Source of the DNA: Longibacter sp.
GTDB lineage: Bacteria; Bacteroidota; Rhodothermia; Rhodothermales; Salinibacteraceae
Length of the DNA stretch: 64,000 nucleotides
Direction: 5' to 3'
Assembly (NCBI RefSeq): GCF_051155795.1
Contig: NZ_DAXETW010000086.1
Location: forward strand, 43,759 to 107,758
Shown here: positions 21,464 through 31,243 of the stretch, piece by piece
Layout: each line of letters starts with the position of its first letter
Numbering within the stretch: the stretch's first letter is position 1
Notes under the pieces: generated by a model
What the model saw: the letters and a program-made list of their open reading frames with translations, nothing else
Told to the model about the DNA's origin: nothing
The model's database searches: none
Translations under genes and position numbers: made by a program

Positions 21464-22246
21464 GAGCAGTACGTACGATCGAGAGATTACGGTCGGGGTC
21501 CGGGCGGGTACACGTCTTCGGCCGAAACTGCCGAAAAAAAACGCACGGTCCGCACGGTGTTCTACCTGATCCAGAGCGGCTGTTGTACGCAGGGACCCGG
21601 CATCGTTTCCGATCCTTCACGCTCTTCGGTGCAGGCAGGACCTTTTGCATGTGATTTTTACGCAGCGGTCTGCTGTCATGCGGCCTCTCCGATCCTCCAC
21701 CGTCCGCGGACGTGCCAGACTGCATGAGAATGAGCCGAAGAAAACGACGGGACCATCGGAAAAGCGCTTCCGCGCCTTGTTCGTGTCCTCCCCGCCTCGT
21801 TATTTACAGACGATTTTCGCGCAGTCAGCCGTCTCTGTGACTCGCATGCGGCACATGCACTCCGTTCGTCCATATAGCCGGTCCATGTCGATCTCGCATT
21901 AACCAGCTGCGTTTCGCCGACACAGCGGGTCCGGCCGCTGGGAACGATGTCCGAAATTCTCCCTCGGCGATGGACAACCAGCGCGGCGACGATGTGTAGA
22001 ATCGTCGCTGTGGGCGGGGTCCGTGTTCCCGGCCCCGCATCCGGTAGCGAAACATGCAGAACGCAGATGCCCCGGCGAACAACCAGCCAGGGGCTGCCAG
22101 CATCACGGGCCACGCGGTTGAACGGAACGCTCGACCCCGAACGACGCAACGCGCAGGACTGAAGAGCACGCGACGGATCCGCGCCTGGCGCACGACCCGT
22201 CGTGCACGATACCATCTGATCATCCAACTCGAATCGAACTCGCTCT

Positions 22247-23263
22247 ATGTCTATCAAACTCGGCATCAACGGCTTCGGGCGCATCGGTCGCCTTGTCTTT
22301 CGCTCCATTCTGGAACGGGACGATCACGACTTCGACATTGTGGGCGTCAACGACTTGACCGACGCCAACACCCTGGCCACGCTGTTCAAGTACGATTCCG
22401 TCCACGGCCAATTCCCCGGTACCGTGGAGTTGGATGGGAACACTCTGGTCGTCAATGGCGACCGTTTCCCCGTCATGCAGGAAAAGGATCCGTCGAACCT
22501 GCCGTGGGATGAGCTCGGATGCGACGTGGTGATCGAATCGACCGGCTTCTTCCGGACCCGCGAAGGTGCAGCCAAGCACATCCAGGCCGGTGCAGACAAG
22601 GTCGTGATCAGTGCTCCGGCGAAGAGCGATGTCGATGCGACGATCGTTCTCGGCGTGAACGAAGGCGACCTGACCGGCGATGAGGAAGTCATCTCCAACG
22701 CAAGCTGCACGACCAATTGCCTGGCCCCGATGGTCAAGGTGCTGGACGACAGCTTCGGCCTTCAGAGCGGTCTCATGACGACAGTCCACGCCTACACGTC
22801 TTCGCAGAACATCGTGGACGGCCCGCACAAAGACCTGCGCCGCGCTCGTACGGCGGCCGAATCCATCATCCCCACGACGACCGGCGCGGCCAAGGCCGTC
22901 GGCCTCGTGCTACCGCACCTGGACGGCAAGCTGGACGGGATGGCCATGCGCGTCCCGGTACCGAACGGCTCGATCGTCGACCTCACGGCCAACCTCGCGC
23001 AGGACGTTTCGATCGACGACGTGAATGCCGCCTATCAGGAGGCCGCGTCCGGCGCGATGGAAGGCGTGCTTCAGTACAGCGAAGAGCCGCTCGTTTCCCG
23101 CGACATCATCCATAACCCGCACTCGTGCATCTTCGACGCGCCGTCCACCATGGCAGCTGGATCGATGGTCAAGATCGTCGGCTGGTATGATAACGAGTGG
23201 GGATACTCGAACCGCACCGTTGACGTCGTCGAGCGCCTCATGAAGGCAGCGGCAACGGCGTAG
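22247..23263 (+). CDS. gap: Type I glyceraldehyde-3-phosphate dehydrogenase
   Basis: GINGFGRIGR, SNASCTTNCLAP, WYDNEWGYS. Confidence 0.98.
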   Translation: MSIKLGINGFGRIGRLVFRSILERDDHDFDIVGVNDLTDANTLATLFKYDSVHGQFPGTVELDGNTLVVNGDRFPVMQEKDPSNLPWDELGCDVVIESTGFFRTREGAAKHIQAGADKVVISAPAKSDVDATIVLGVNEGDLTGDEEVISNASCTTNCLAPMVKVLDDSFGLQSGLMTTVHAYTSSQNIVDGPHKDLRRARTAAESIIPTTTGAAKAVGLVLPHLDGKLDGMAMRVPVPNGSIVDLTANLAQDVSIDDVNAAYQEAASGAMEGVLQYSEEPLVSRDIIHNPHSCIFDAPSTMAAGSMVKIVGWYDNEWGYSNRTVDVVERLMKAAATA

Positions 23264-23269
23264 CGTTCC

Positions 23270-23304
23270 AACGGGCCGGGACCCTCGTGTCGCGGCCCGT
23301 TTTC
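23270..23304 (+). terminator. Hairpin between gap and pgk (terminator or mRNA-stabilising stem)
   Basis: AACGGGCCG...CGGCCCGTTTT. Confidence 0.5.
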
Positions 23305-23403
23305 CTGTTCTGTGCATGACGGCTCCGGCGTCTCTCGAGAGCACCCTCACGAACGGACGCCGCCCCGCATGCTTTTTTCCGCCAGGCCGAACTCTCTGTA
23401 CGC

Positions 23404-24597
23404 ATGAAAAAGCTGACGCTTGACGACATCGACGTCCGGGGAAAACGCGTGCTTGTTCGCGTGGACTTTAACGTACCGCTGTCAAACGACACCGGCAGCC
23501 CCTCCGTCGCTGACGACACCCGGATTCGGGCGGCTCTGCCGACCATCCGCCACATCCTTGACAACGGTGGACGGGCCATCCTCATCAGTCACCTCGGTCG
23601 CCCGGGGGGACAACCGAACCCGGACCTGAGCCTCGCCTGCGTCGGCGACCACCTCGGCACGCTCATCGAAGAACGCGTCCGATTCTCCAGCAACACGGTC
23701 GGAGACACCGTGCGCGAGGTGATCGACGGTATGGGTGATGGTAGCGTGATCCTGCTGGAAAACACCCGCTTCGAGGCCGGAGAGAAAGCAAACGAACCCG
23801 AGTTTGCCAAAGCGCTCGCTGAACTCGCCGATGTATACGTGAACGATGCCTTCGGCGCGGCGCACCGGGCTCACGCATCGACGGCCGGCGTCGCGGAGCA
23901 CATCGACCTCTGCGCGATGGGCCGATTGATGGAGAAAGAGATCGAAGCCCTGACGCGCGTTCGAGATCACCCCGATCCACCGACCGTTGCCATCCTCGGC
24001 GGCGCCAAGGTTTCGGACAAGATCGGGACGGTCCGCCGGCTGATGGATTCGTACCAGAACATTCTGATCGGCGGGGCGATGAGCTATACCTTCCTGAAAG
24101 CCCTCGGCCACGACGTGGGGGAGTCCCGCGTGGAGGATGATCGCCTGGACACCGCTGAGGAATTATTCGAAGCGGCCGACGGGTCGATCGTTCTCCCGAA
24201 CGACCATGTGGTCGCTGCCGAGTTCGATGCGAGCGCGGAATCCAAGGTTGTCCACGGCGACATCGAGAATGGCTTCATGGGGCTCGACATCGGCCCGGAT
24301 ACAGTCGAGACGTACCGCGAAACCATCATGAACGCCGATACGATTGTCTGGAACGGCCCGATGGGGGTCTTCGAGATGGACGCGTTTGCCGAAGGCACAA
24401 TGGAAATCGCGGAAGCCGTCGCGGAGGCCACGGATAACGGCGCCTTTTCGGTCGTCGGTGGCGGTGACTCGGTATCCGCGCTCGTTAAGTCCGGCTACAC
24501 GGAGCGCATCAGTCACGTTTCCACCGGTGGCGGCGCTATGCTTACGTTTCTCGAAGGTGCAGAATTGCCTGGCATCGACGCGCTGACCGACGCATAG
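23404..24597 (+). CDS. pgk: Phosphoglycerate kinase
   Basis: RVDFNVP, DAFGAAHRAHAS, GGAKVSDKI, WNGPMGVFE, STGGGA. Confidence 0.98.
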   Translation: MKKLTLDDIDVRGKRVLVRVDFNVPLSNDTGSPSVADDTRIRAALPTIRHILDNGGRAILISHLGRPGGQPNPDLSLACVGDHLGTLIEERVRFSSNTVGDTVREVIDGMGDGSVILLENTRFEAGEKANEPEFAKALAELADVYVNDAFGAAHRAHASTAGVAEHIDLCAMGRLMEKEIEALTRVRDHPDPPTVAILGGAKVSDKIGTVRRLMDSYQNILIGGAMSYTFLKALGHDVGESRVEDDRLDTAEELFEAADGSIVLPNDHVVAAEFDASAESKVVHGDIENGFMGLDIGPDTVETYRETIMNADTIVWNGPMGVFEMDAFAEGTMEIAEAVAEATDNGAFSVVGGGDSVSALVKSGYTERISHVSTGGGAMLTFLEGAELPGIDALTDA

Positions 24598-24633
24598 CGT
24601 AACGCACGGAAAAACCAGCACCGGCTGTCCGAG

Positions 24634-24672
24634 AAAGCGCGTCTCCCAATGCTTCGGGAGGCGCGCTTTTTT
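24634..24672 (+). terminator. Rho-independent terminator after pgk
   Basis: AAAGCGCGTCTCCC-loop-GGGAGGCGCGCTTTTTT. Confidence 0.8.
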
Positions 24673-24903
24673 GCTGAATGACGAAGGACACCTCACGACG
24701 GAAGGGCCGCAGCTGCGATTCCTCTGGAATCGCCTGACCGAACGGGTCTCCCACTCGTCTCTGTAACGCTCCTCCCGGTCGTAACGTGTCCAGAGTGGCA
24801 GAGGAGTTGAACCGCATCCCCTGCCCATCAGTTGATTCCCCGCTTTCGCCATGCGCGACCACCCGAACGCATTGCCCCCTTTTCCACCGTCCATCGCCCT
24901 CCT

Positions 24904-25893
24904 ATGCCGCCTGTCATTTCGATCGCTTCACTGGAAAAGACCTATCGGAGCGGCGTTCTTCGGCCGCATCGGGTTCGCGCCCTCGACGGCGTCTCGATGG
25001 AGGTTCCCTCCGGGTCGGTCTTCGGGCTTCTCGGGCCCAACGGCGCGGGAAAGACGACCATGGTTAAGATCCTGCTCGGCGTCGCACGGGCAACGGGCGG
25101 CAAGGCGCGCCTCTTCGGTCATGCGCCGGGCGACCCCACGGCGAGGGAGCGTGTCGGATACCTTCCGGAAAAGCACGAATTTCCGGATTTTCTGACCGCT
25201 CCGCAGATGCTCGAAATCTACGGCCAGATGGCTGGCGTATCAGACGAGGACCGCAGCCGTCGCATTCCGCAGCTGCTCGAGCGTGTCGGTCTTTCGCACG
25301 CGACCGATCAGAAGCTCAGCGGTTTTTCCAAGGGGATGCTGCAACGCGCCGGGTTGGCTCAGGCCCTCTTGAACGAGCCGGACCTGCTCATCCTGGACGA
25401 ACCGACGGACGGCGTGGACCCCGTCGGTCGACGGGAGATTCGCGATATCCTCGTCGAGCTGAAAGAGGAAGGAAAAACGGTGCTCATCAATTCCCACCTG
25501 CTCTCCGAGGTAGAAAAAGTGTGCACCGAGATCGCCATCTTAAACGACGGTAAGCTCGTTCGGACGGGCAGCATCGAGAGCCTGACTACTGCGGATCGGA
25601 CCTATGCGCTGAGCTGCACCCCGATCCCGGACGACACACGAACTGCACTTCAAGACATCCTCGAGGCTGCAGACGCCTCGACGACGCCCGACGGCAAACG
25701 GACAAACGGGTCCGCCGGCGCCCCCGGCCTCCGGCGCTATCGGGTTCGGCCGGAGGATCGCACCGGACTGAACACCGTCATCGACCGTCTTCGACGCGAC
25801 GGCGTCGAGATCGACGAAATCACTCCGGTGCGACAGACGCTCGAAGACTACTTCATCGACGTGGTCAACCCGAAGGACACCGTGTCCGCCTGA
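24904..25893 (+). CDS. ABC exporter ATP-binding protein
   Basis: GPNGAGKTT, FSKGMLQR, LDEPTDGVDP. Start at ATG 24904. Confidence 0.9.
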   Translation: MPPVISIASLEKTYRSGVLRPHRVRALDGVSMEVPSGSVFGLLGPNGAGKTTMVKILLGVARATGGKARLFGHAPGDPTARERVGYLPEKHEFPDFLTAPQMLEIYGQMAGVSDEDRSRRIPQLLERVGLSHATDQKLSGFSKGMLQRAGLAQALLNEPDLLILDEPTDGVDPVGRREIRDILVELKEEGKTVLINSHLLSEVEKVCTEIAILNDGKLVRTGSIESLTTADRTYALSCTPIPDDTRTALQDILEAADASTTPDGKRTNGSAGAPGLRRYRVRPEDRTGLNTVIDRLRRDGVEIDEITPVRQTLEDYFIDVVNPKDTVSA

Positions 25894-25946
25894 CGGACGC
25901 CGCGCCTCCTCCACCGCCCTTTTTCGCCCGACCCAACCTCCGACCT

Positions 25947-26768
25947 GTGCTTCCCTTTCTCGGCATGCTCCAACTCACGGTGCGCGAACTCCGCGCCAAG
26001 AAAGTGATCTGGGGACTTTTTCTGATCAGCTCGCTCGTCCTCCTGATCGTCACGTTCGCACTAAACCTGGACGTCGTCGACGGCACGCTGGCGAGCGCGC
26101 GCATCTTTGGCGCGGAAGCAACCGGCGGCATCGACCTGGAAAATCTCGTTTTCGCCGTTCAAAGTATCGTGGCCGGCGCGGCGTACTGGCTCGGAATCCT
26201 GCTGGCCCTGTTCGCCTCCGGACCGATTTTCACCACCCTGCTCACCAAGGGCCACATCGACCTGCTTCTCTCCAAGCCAATCAGTCGGACGCGGCTCCTG
26301 ACCGGCCACGTCGGCGGCGTCTGGCTCACGATGCTCGGGCTGTGCGTGTACCTGCTCGGCGGCATCTGGCTCATCATGTCGCTGAAAGCAGAAGTGTGGA
26401 ACGCCCGGTTCCTGCTTTCCATCCCGATCGTCTTGTCGATGTTCGGCGTAATGTATGGCGTGATCGTCGCGATCGGCAGCTTTACCCGGAGCACGGCGTT
26501 ATCCCTGATCGTTACCTATGGCTTAATCGTCGCTTCCCTCGGACTCGCGGCGGTGACGCAGATCACCGAACAACTTGGATTCGTCAGCAAAGCGGTCTTT
26601 CTGACGCTTTACCACACGCTCCCGAACTTCACCGAGGTCACAACCATCGTGTCGAAGCTATCGCAGGGCGAGCCGGTCGCCGACTGGTATCCATTCCTGT
26701 CCTCCATCCTCTTCGGCGCCGCGTGCTACATCATCGGCGGCATCAAATTCTATAGACGCGATTTTTAG
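25947..26768 (+). CDS. ABC-2 type transporter permease
   Basis: About 6 TMs, LLLSKPISR motif, ends FYRRDF; follows the ATPase. Confidence 0.85.
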   Translation: MLPFLGMLQLTVRELRAKKVIWGLFLISSLVLLIVTFALNLDVVDGTLASARIFGAEATGGIDLENLVFAVQSIVAGAAYWLGILLALFASGPIFTTLLTKGHIDLLLSKPISRTRLLTGHVGGVWLTMLGLCVYLLGGIWLIMSLKAEVWNARFLLSIPIVLSMFGVMYGVIVAIGSFTRSTALSLIVTYGLIVASLGLAAVTQITEQLGFVSKAVFLTLYHTLPNFTEVTTIVSKLSQGEPVADWYPFLSSILFGAACYIIGGIKFYRRDF

Positions 26769-26900
26769 TACCGCTCGACCAACTGCGCCTTGCGTAACAC
26801 TCCTACTTTCGCAAACGTGATGCAGGACGACACAGGGCCGGACGAATCTCCGCCCCGGATGCCAACACCGCTTCCCTCTCCGACGACCCATCGCCATACG

Positions 26901-27914
26901 ATGACGCGCTCCGACTGCTACTTCCGTTTCCCTCTCTCGCTTCTGGTGGTGCCCCTCCTGGCCCTCCTGCTTCTGGTCACCGGGTGCGGGAGCGAGGACG
27001 CGCCACCCCTCACGGACGCCACCGAACAGGCGACGAGCCTCCTCCCGGCGTCCAGCGATATGGTCGCGATGGTGGACCTAGTGCATGCCCGGGATCATTC
27101 GCCCGCGGCGCAGGCCGTCTTCGATAAGATGCTGCCAGACCTTGAGCAGTCTCCGGAGGCAAGGGCGCACCTCGATGCCATGAACATCGACCTCGAAGCG
27201 GATGTACGGCGCGTTTACGCCGGCGGAGGCCTGGCCACCGAACCGCGCAAGCCGCTGTTTCTCGTCTACGGCTCGTTCGACACCGAAGCGATCAATGACC
27301 ACCTCCGTTCCGAGGCCGCGGCGGATTCGCTTCGAGCCCGGCTGATCGAACTGAACGGTCGCCCGGCGATCACGATGAACGAACGAGACCCGTCCTTCGC
27401 GGCCGTCGTGGCGAATGAGTCGCTTGTTCTCATCGGTGAACGCGCCGAGGTAGAGGCCGCACTTGGTCGTGTGGATGGGGATGCAACCGGTTCCCTGTCG
27501 GAATCCACCGACAAAGTCGCCCTGCTGCGTGAAGCGGCCCGCGGGCAGAGCATGTGGGCGGCGCTCATGTCGATCCCTGAAGAAATGAGATCCAACGGGC
27601 CCGACCGCGTCCAGAAAATCACCTCCATCGCCCAGGCCGGCACCGCCTCGTTTACGTTCCAGAACGACGGAAGCCTGGACGCACGGATGCTGGTGAAAGC
27701 CGGGGACGCGGAGACTGCCAGCGACCTTGCCGATGTGATGCGCGGCCTGGTCGGGCTCTCCAAGCGGCAGGTCAGCGAGGAACCGGAGTTGCAGGACGTG
27801 CTCCAGAGCGTGAAGGTCAACAGCCGCGACACGGACGTGACCGTCACGGGCCAGATCCCCGCATCCGTCATCGATAAACGGTTCAACCCGCAGCCGGCGA
27901 CGTCCGCACTGTAA
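26901..27914 (+). CDS. Hypothetical lipoprotein
   Basis: Lipobox LLVTG|C; acidic alpha/beta body. Confidence 0.7.
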   Translation: MTRSDCYFRFPLSLLVVPLLALLLLVTGCGSEDAPPLTDATEQATSLLPASSDMVAMVDLVHARDHSPAAQAVFDKMLPDLEQSPEARAHLDAMNIDLEADVRRVYAGGGLATEPRKPLFLVYGSFDTEAINDHLRSEAAADSLRARLIELNGRPAITMNERDPSFAAVVANESLVLIGERAEVEAALGRVDGDATGSLSESTDKVALLREAARGQSMWAALMSIPEEMRSNGPDRVQKITSIAQAGTASFTFQNDGSLDARMLVKAGDAETASDLADVMRGLVGLSKRQVSEEPELQDVLQSVKVNSRDTDVTVTGQIPASVIDKRFNPQPATSAL

Positions 27915-27947
27915 CCGCCAGGCACCTCGAGAACCTCGGACTCAAAT

Positions 27948-27990
27948 AGCGACGCCTGCCCCCGGTGCTGGAGAGCAGGCGTCGTTTCGT
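27948..27990. terminator. Hairpin terminator between convergent genes
   Basis: AGCGACGCCTGC...GCAGGCGTCGTT followed by T-rich sequence. Confidence 0.6.
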
Positions 27991-28053
27991 TTACCGAATC
28001 CGGGTCCCGCTCGCGCGAGCGGGCGCATACCGTGCAAGCTTACCGGCGGCGCT

Positions 28054-28719
28054 TTACCGGGATGAATACGACAGTCGCATGATTCGCTCGATCAGGTTGC
28101 GCTCTTTCGTGCGAAACCCTTCGCGAATCGTGCGATTGCCGACCTCCACGACCTGCACCTCCTGGCCGCGCGTGATTTTCGCGAACGCGATCTGATCGGC
28201 GAAAGGCTGGATGGCCGCTTCGTTCGTTATCATTTTGGTGCCCTTCTCTTGCAAGACCTCCCGCACCCAGTCGTGGCGCGCGCTCAGATACATGATGGGA
28301 ATGTCTTCCTCCCCCGCTCCCGGCGGCCGGTAAATGAAGTACAGATCGGTCACCGACTCTCTGAACCCGTCCCGGTCGACTTCAAAGCGGTAGTCGATGA
28401 AGACATTATTCGCGCTTGAGAGGCCGATCCCCTCCGTCTCGATCAACATGTCGCGAAGCTCTTGCACCGGCATCTGCGTCGGTGCTTCCGGAGACCGCTT
28501 CACCACGAGCGAGTCGGACCGGTCGATCACATTGACGAGCGTGTCGAGTAGCGCGCGCGTCGCAGACTCGGCCTGTACCGGCGCGACAACCTGCGTCGTC
28601 TGAAGCCACCGCTGCGCGGTGGCATCCTGCGGTCGGGCTGTGAACGCGACCGAAACGAGCAATACGGCGACGACGGCTCGTCGAGACACGTACGAAAGAG
28701 AAAGAAGTGAATGTATCAT
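28054..28719 (-). CDS. Hypothetical secreted protein (possible remote GldN/PorN-like)
   Basis: Signal peptide ending ATA|Q; C-terminal pattern loosely resembles GldN. Confidence 0.6.
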   Translation of the reverse strand: MIHSLLSLSYVSRRAVVAVLLVSVAFTARPQDATAQRWLQTTQVVAPVQAESATRALLDTLVNVIDRSDSLVVKRSPEAPTQMPVQELRDMLIETEGIGLSSANNVFIDYRFEVDRDGFRESVTDLYFIYRPPGAGEEDIPIMYLSARHDWVREVLQEKGTKMITNEAAIQPFADQIAFAKITRGQEVQVVEVGNRTIREGFRTKERNLIERIMRLSYSSR

Positions 28720-29094
28720 GGCAGAAGGAGGGAAATGAATGGGAGGACAACAGGCGACGCCGGGTAGCCACACCAGGCTGATGCCTGCCCGGAAAGGCGT
28801 CGACGACGGACTACTGTCACAGGGAAATCCAGGTGAACGTGCGTTCTATCCAGGATTCTCTCAACAATGAAGACGCGCTTCCTTCCCCAAACGTAACACT
28901 GAATAGCCAATTATGCCATTCTAACGCTTCGATCATGACGTTCGGCAATACATTCGATTTATTTTGCGACCGCGATCGCCTATGTTGAAAACATGTTTCC
29001 GGTCGCCGGATCGGCGTGCAACGCCCCGTATCAGCGGCGGCGTCATCGCTTCACCAGTGCACTCAGACGACTTCTGATCAGTCCTTACCCCTGC

Positions 29095-29985
29095 ATGGTA
29101 TACACCAACCTTGACTCGATTGACTTTTCGCTCGATGATTGCGCGTCGCTTGAACGTCCCCGCCGGGTTGTGCTGACCTCGCCCGACTACTTCGACGTGG
29201 AGTACGTCATCAACCCACACATGAGCGGCAACATTGGTGGCGTGAATCAGCCGGTCGCGATGCAGCAGTGGAAAGCACTCCGGGCGGCCTACTCGGCCGT
29301 GGACGTCGAACCGCTTATCGTCGACGGCGAGGCGGGTCTTCCGGACATGGTATTCTGCGCGAACCAAACGCTCCCCTACAAAACGACCGACGGGCGCAAC
29401 GGCATCGTGCTCAGCCGCATGCACGCACCGGAGCGCCAAAACGAGGTACCGCACTACGCGGCCTTTTTCGATGCAATCGGGTATGACGTGCAGTCCCTTC
29501 CGGAAGAGATCGACATCGACTTTGAGGGAATGGGAGACGCCATCTGGCATCCGGGGCGCCGCCTACTATGGGGCGGCTACGGCTTCCGAACAGATCGTGA
29601 AACGTATGAAGCACTCGCGGAGCTGATCGACGTGCGAGTCATCGCGCTGTCCCTGTCGGATCCGGAGTTCTATCATCTGGACACGTGCTTCTCGGCGCTC
29701 AACACCGACAGCGTACTCATCTTTCCCGATGCGTTCGATGACGAGGCCCTTCGCCTGATCCACCGGTTCTTCGACACGGTCGTTGAGGCGCCCGAGGGCG
29801 AGTCGAGACATCAGTTCGCCTGTAATGCGCACTGCCCCGACGGCGACCATGTCTTTATCCAGGAAGGATGCACCGAGACGGTCGGACGGCTGGCTGATGC
29901 CGGCTTCCATCCGGTAGAGCTCGACACCAGCGAGTTTCTGAAGTCAGGCGGATCCGTCTTCTGCATGAAGCAAATGATCTGGTGA
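29095..29985 (+). CDS. Amidinotransferase / dimethylarginine dimethylaminohydrolase-family enzyme
   Basis: FDVEYVINPHM, PDMVFCAN, FEGMGD, YHLDTC, GGSVFCM (Asp/His/Cys triad). Confidence 0.85.
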   Translation: MVYTNLDSIDFSLDDCASLERPRRVVLTSPDYFDVEYVINPHMSGNIGGVNQPVAMQQWKALRAAYSAVDVEPLIVDGEAGLPDMVFCANQTLPYKTTDGRNGIVLSRMHAPERQNEVPHYAAFFDAIGYDVQSLPEEIDIDFEGMGDAIWHPGRRLLWGGYGFRTDRETYEALAELIDVRVIALSLSDPEFYHLDTCFSALNTDSVLIFPDAFDDEALRLIHRFFDTVVEAPEGESRHQFACNAHCPDGDHVFIQEGCTETVGRLADAGFHPVELDTSEFLKSGGSVFCMKQMIW

Positions 29986-30662
29986 ACCTGTCCGTCATCA
30001 TTCCGACACTGAACGAGGCCGAGCACATCCGGTCCACGATCGATTCCGTTCGTACGAGTGGGCCCTGTCATGAGATCATCGTGGTGGACGGCGGCTCGAC
30101 GGACGAGACGCGTGCCATCGCAGCGCGACGCGCGCAGGTGCTCCGAGCCGACCGTGGACGCGCTCACCAGATGAATGCGGGCGCGGACGCCGCTACCGGC
30201 GACATCCTGCTGTTTCTCCACGCGGACACGCTGTTGTCGAAACCTGCCCTCGCCTCGGCTCGCCGGGCGATCCGGTCCGGAAGCGTCTGTGCGGGAACGT
30301 TTCGGCTCCAGTTCCAGCCCTCCACGCCTGCGCTTCGGTTTTTCGCAGCCTGCACACGCATACCGTGGATGAAGCTGTGCTTCGGAGACCGGGGTCTCTT
30401 TACGACGCGGGAGGCCTTCGACGCGGTCGGCGGCTTCCCGAAATGGCCGGTGTTCGAAGACCTTGAAATGGCCACACGGCTCGCCAACCATGGGGGCTTC
30501 GCCCACCTGTCCGCCACCGTCACGACATCCGCCCGCCGGTTCCAGCGAAACGGGGCGCTCCGGCAGCAACTCCATAACCTCCGCCTCTGGTTGCACTACG
30601 TCGCCGGCACGTCCCCGGCGTCCGTCGCCCACCTGTACCGGTACGACGAAGGGCGGGGATAG
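29982..30662 (+). CDS. Family 2 glycosyltransferase (TIGR04283-like)
   Basis: SVIIPTLNE, VDGGSTD, GRAHQMNAGA, FLHADT, FGDRGLF, TSARRF. Overlaps the upstream gene by 4 nt (GTGA). Confidence 0.85.
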   Translation: MNLSVIIPTLNEAEHIRSTIDSVRTSGPCHEIIVVDGGSTDETRAIAARRAQVLRADRGRAHQMNAGADAATGDILLFLHADTLLSKPALASARRAIRSGSVCAGTFRLQFQPSTPALRFFAACTRIPWMKLCFGDRGLFTTREAFDAVGGFPKWPVFEDLEMATRLANHGGFAHLSATVTTSARRFQRNGALRQQLHNLRLWLHYVAGTSPASVAHLYRYDEGRG

Positions 30663-30716
30663 CGGTCTACCCCCTGTGCCTGACCACCACCTCTCCCACC
30701 CGACATCAACGCCTGC

Positions 30717-30745
30717 TTGACAAAGTACTACATGAGTAGTACTAT
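30717..30745 (+). promoter_or_regulatory. Sigma-70 promoter TTGACA-N17-TACTAT with embedded BlaI-type operator AGTACTAC-ATGA-GTAGTACT (30724-30743)
   Basis: Consensus -35, 17-bp spacer, near-consensus -10, and a perfect 8-bp-arm palindrome overlapping the -10. Confidence 0.8.
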
Positions 30746-30778
30746 AGAAGGAGTAATTCAGGCTAACACGACATCCAC

Positions 30779-31243
30779 ATGCGAAAGAAGTCACTCACAT
30801 CTCTCGGCGAGACGGAGATGGAAGTTCTCCATCACGTGTGGGATCTCGGCGAAGCGACGGTCTCCGATGTGCGAGAGCGAATCCTCCGGGATCGGGACAT
30901 CGCGTATACGACGGTCATGACCGTTCTCAAGAAACTGTCGGAGAAAGGATACCTGCAGTACCGGAAGGACGGCCGCTCGTACGTCTACTCGGCCGCCGTG
31001 CCACAAGAAGACGTACAACATACGCTGTTGCATCGCCTGATGGACAAGGTTTTTCACGGCTCCCCTTCCGCGCTCCTTCAGACGCTGATCCAGCGAGAGA
31101 AGCTAGACGAAGACGAGCAAGCGTCGATTCGGGACATCCTCGCGCAGCTTGACGCGCAGGACGCAGCAGATCGCGGTCCGGGTATCGAGGAAAACGCCGA
31201 CTCTACGTCCAGTCGATCAGGCTCTCATGATGACGATGCTTGA
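30779..31243 (+). CDS. BlaI/MecI/CopY family repressor
   Basis: LGETEMEVLHHVW, AYTTVMTVLKKLSEKGYL, VFHGSPSALL. Confidence 0.92.
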   Translation: MRKKSLTSLGETEMEVLHHVWDLGEATVSDVRERILRDRDIAYTTVMTVLKKLSEKGYLQYRKDGRSYVYSAAVPQEDVQHTLLHRLMDKVFHGSPSALLQTLIQREKLDEDEQASIRDILAQLDAQDAADRGPGIEENADSTSSRSGSHDDDA

